Below, piece by piece: positions 62,745 to 64,000 of a stretch of DNA of 64,000 nt (position 1 is its first letter; every line of letters begins with the position of its first letter). Made by a program: the position numbers and the translations under genes. The stretch covers positions 6,520 to 70,519 of the forward strand of contig JAFSUM010000033.1 of NCBI GenBank assembly GCA_017445245.1. Reading direction: 5' to 3'. Below the pieces are notes generated by a model. The model was given only the letters and a program-made list of their open reading frames with translations, had not been told where the DNA came from and ran no database searches. The stretch comes from Bacilli bacterium. Its GTDB lineage: Bacteria; Bacillota_I; Bacilli_A; RFN20; CAG-826.

Positions 62745-63452
62745 ATGTCCATGGAAGAAGAAATCAAAGTTGCCGCGGCTCCGGTCGCGGAAGAAAAGCC
62801 CGCCCCCGAAAAGGGTGGATACGAGCCCCATGGCTCCCAGGCCGCCCCTCGCCCGGGCGACCGCAAGGATGGCTCCCATCGTGGACGTCCCTCCGAACGT
62901 CGCGGTGGCCGCGGCGGATTCCGTCGCGAAGGTGACGACCTCCTCGAAAGGGTCGTCGCGATCAACCGCGTCTCGAAGACCGTTCAAGGTGGCAAGCACG
63001 TCCGCTTCTCCGCTCTCGCCGTCGTCGGCGATGGCAAAGGCTCCTATGGCTTCGCCCTCACCAAATCTGGTGAAGTCCCCGACGCCATCAAGAAGTCGCT
63101 CGAAAAAGCTCGCAAGAGCATGTACAAGATCGACATCGTCAAAGGCGACACCATCGCCCATGACGTCACTGGCACCTTCGGCTCGACCAAAGTCGTCCTG
63201 AAGCCCTCGATCCCCGGCACCGGCGTCGTCGCCGGCGGTCCGGTCCGCGCGATCCTCGAGCTCGCCGGTATCAAAAACGTCGTCTCCAAGGTTTACGGTT
63301 CCCGTGCGCCGATCAACGTCATCCGCGCTACCGACGCCGGCCTTCGCTCCTTGAAGAGCTATGACAAGGTCATGGTTCTCCGCGGCAAGAAGACCGAAGA
63401 GGAAATCCGTGCCCGCAAGGCGGCCAAAGTCGAACCGAAAGGAGATAAGTAA
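62745..63452 (+). CDS. rpsE: 30S ribosomal protein S5 with an N-terminal Pro/Arg/Gly-rich extension of about 65 aa and a basic C-terminal tail
   Basis: The core reads VVAINRVSKTVQGGKHVRFSALAVVGDGKG. The N-terminus contains RGRPSERRGGRGGFRREG. Confidence 0.9.
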   Translation: MSMEEEIKVAAAPVAEEKPAPEKGGYEPHGSQAAPRPGDRKDGSHRGRPSERRGGRGGFRREGDDLLERVVAINRVSKTVQGGKHVRFSALAVVGDGKGSYGFALTKSGEVPDAIKKSLEKARKSMYKIDIVKGDTIAHDVTGTFGSTKVVLKPSIPGTGVVAGGPVRAILELAGIKNVVSKVYGSRAPINVIRATDAGLRSLKSYDKVMVLRGKKTEEEIRARKAAKVEPKGDK

Positions 63453-63454
63453 TC

Positions 63455-63904
63455 ATGTCCTCTCTCCACACGCTCAAAAACGCTGAAGGCGCCCGCACCG
63501 ATTCCTTCCGTAAGGGTAGGGGTCGCGGCTCCGGCAACGGCAAGACTGCCGGTAAGGGCATGAAGGGCCAAGGCGCCCACGCCCACACCAAGGCCAACGG
63601 CTTCGAAGGTGGTCAGAACCCCATCGCCCGTCGTTTGCCGAAGTTCGGCGTCCGCAAGACGCACAAAGGCCGCAAGGTCAACTACGCCATCGTCAACCTC
63701 GAGAAACTCAACTTCTTCGAGGAAGGCAAGCTCGTCAATGCCGCCGCTTTGATCGAAGCCGGGATCATCAAAGATGAACTCGACGGCGTCAAAGTCCTCG
63801 GCAACGGCAAGCTCACCAAGAAACTCGTCGTCGAAGCCAAGGCGTTCTCCGCCTCGGCGAAGGCCGCAATCGAATCCCTTGGCGGAGAAGCGAAGGTACT
63901 CTGA
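63455..63904 (+). CDS. rplO: 50S ribosomal protein L15
   Basis: Contains RKGRGRGSGNGKTAGKGMKGQ. It follows rpsE directly, with no L30 gene between them. Confidence 0.95.
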   Translation: MSSLHTLKNAEGARTDSFRKGRGRGSGNGKTAGKGMKGQGAHAHTKANGFEGGQNPIARRLPKFGVRKTHKGRKVNYAIVNLEKLNFFEEGKLVNAAALIEAGIIKDELDGVKVLGNGKLTKKLVVEAKAFSASAKAAIESLGGEAKVL

Positions 63905-64000
63905 TGCATAAGTTCGTCTCAATCTTTAAAAACAAAGAAATCGTTGGTCGCATTTTCTTCACGATCATGATCTTCTTCGTCATCCGGATTGGGGCGGCGA
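63904..64000 (+). CDS. secY: Preprotein translocase SecY, first 32 codons (partial, continues past window end)
   Basis: The ATG overlaps the rplO stop (TGATG). The sequence begins MHKFVSIFKNKEIVGRIFFTIMIFFVIRIGAA. It sits in the conserved position after rplO. Confidence 0.7.
   Translation, partial: MHKFVSIFKNKEIVGRIFFTIMIFFVIRIGAA

Overview
This window looks like a chromosomal segment of a Firmicutes- or Mollicutes-like bacterium that uses the standard genetic code, since long ORFs end at TGA. Most of it is visibly GC-rich, mainly at third codon positions. The exception is roughly the first 600 bp, which is sharply AT-rich and carries the 5' part of a Fic-family gene on the minus strand. That gene is not in the ORF track because it runs off the window edge.

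Gene content from left to right:
- Two tandem MacB-type fused ABC ATPase-permease genes, the first with an N-terminal XRE helix-turn-helix domain.
- An XRE regulator followed by a free-standing paralog of its C-terminal domain, then a tandem GNAT protein.
- A surface-protein locus: a secreted GH13 amylase, a roughly 1940-aa BspA-type LRR lipoprotein, a lipoprotein with four NPCBM-like repeats, and an S41-like lipoprotein.
- A complete fructose PTS operon (fruR-fruK-fruA-ptsH-ptsI) preceded by a perfect cre-like palindrome.
- A YdeI-like gene, then a Cache-HAMP-HD-GYP sensor divergent from an orphan solute-binding lipoprotein.
- A decayed BrnA-type antitoxin gene.
- A dNTP-synthesis cluster containing folA, thyA, nrdG, a TrxR-like gene and nrdD.
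- An MscL variant, a PTP-NUDIX fusion, an ATP-grasp ligase, DUF2188 plus MntR, glnA, two FAD proteins, an M18 aminopeptidase, an MFS transporter and tgt-queA-queH.
- The S10-spc ribosomal protein operon from rpsJ to the start of secY.

I could not recognise any rRNA, tRNA, CRISPR array or transposase.

The most interesting observations are:
1. NrdD has a C-terminal CPNC redoxin domain and sits next to a thioredoxin-reductase-like flavoprotein that has lost both NADPH-binding motifs. This may be a dedicated thiol electron-delivery chain for a class III ribonucleotide reductase.
2. The first MacB-type ABC transporter has a DNA-binding domain fused to it.
3. Many genes have a -10 element 6-8 nt upstream of the start codon and no Shine-Dalgarno sequence, which suggests leaderless mRNAs.
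4. L23, L22 and L5 carry Lys/Ala/Pro-rich N-terminal extensions, S5 carries an RGG-rich one, and there is no L30 gene.

All functional calls rest on motifs read by eye and on remembered family consensus sequences. No database search was run.
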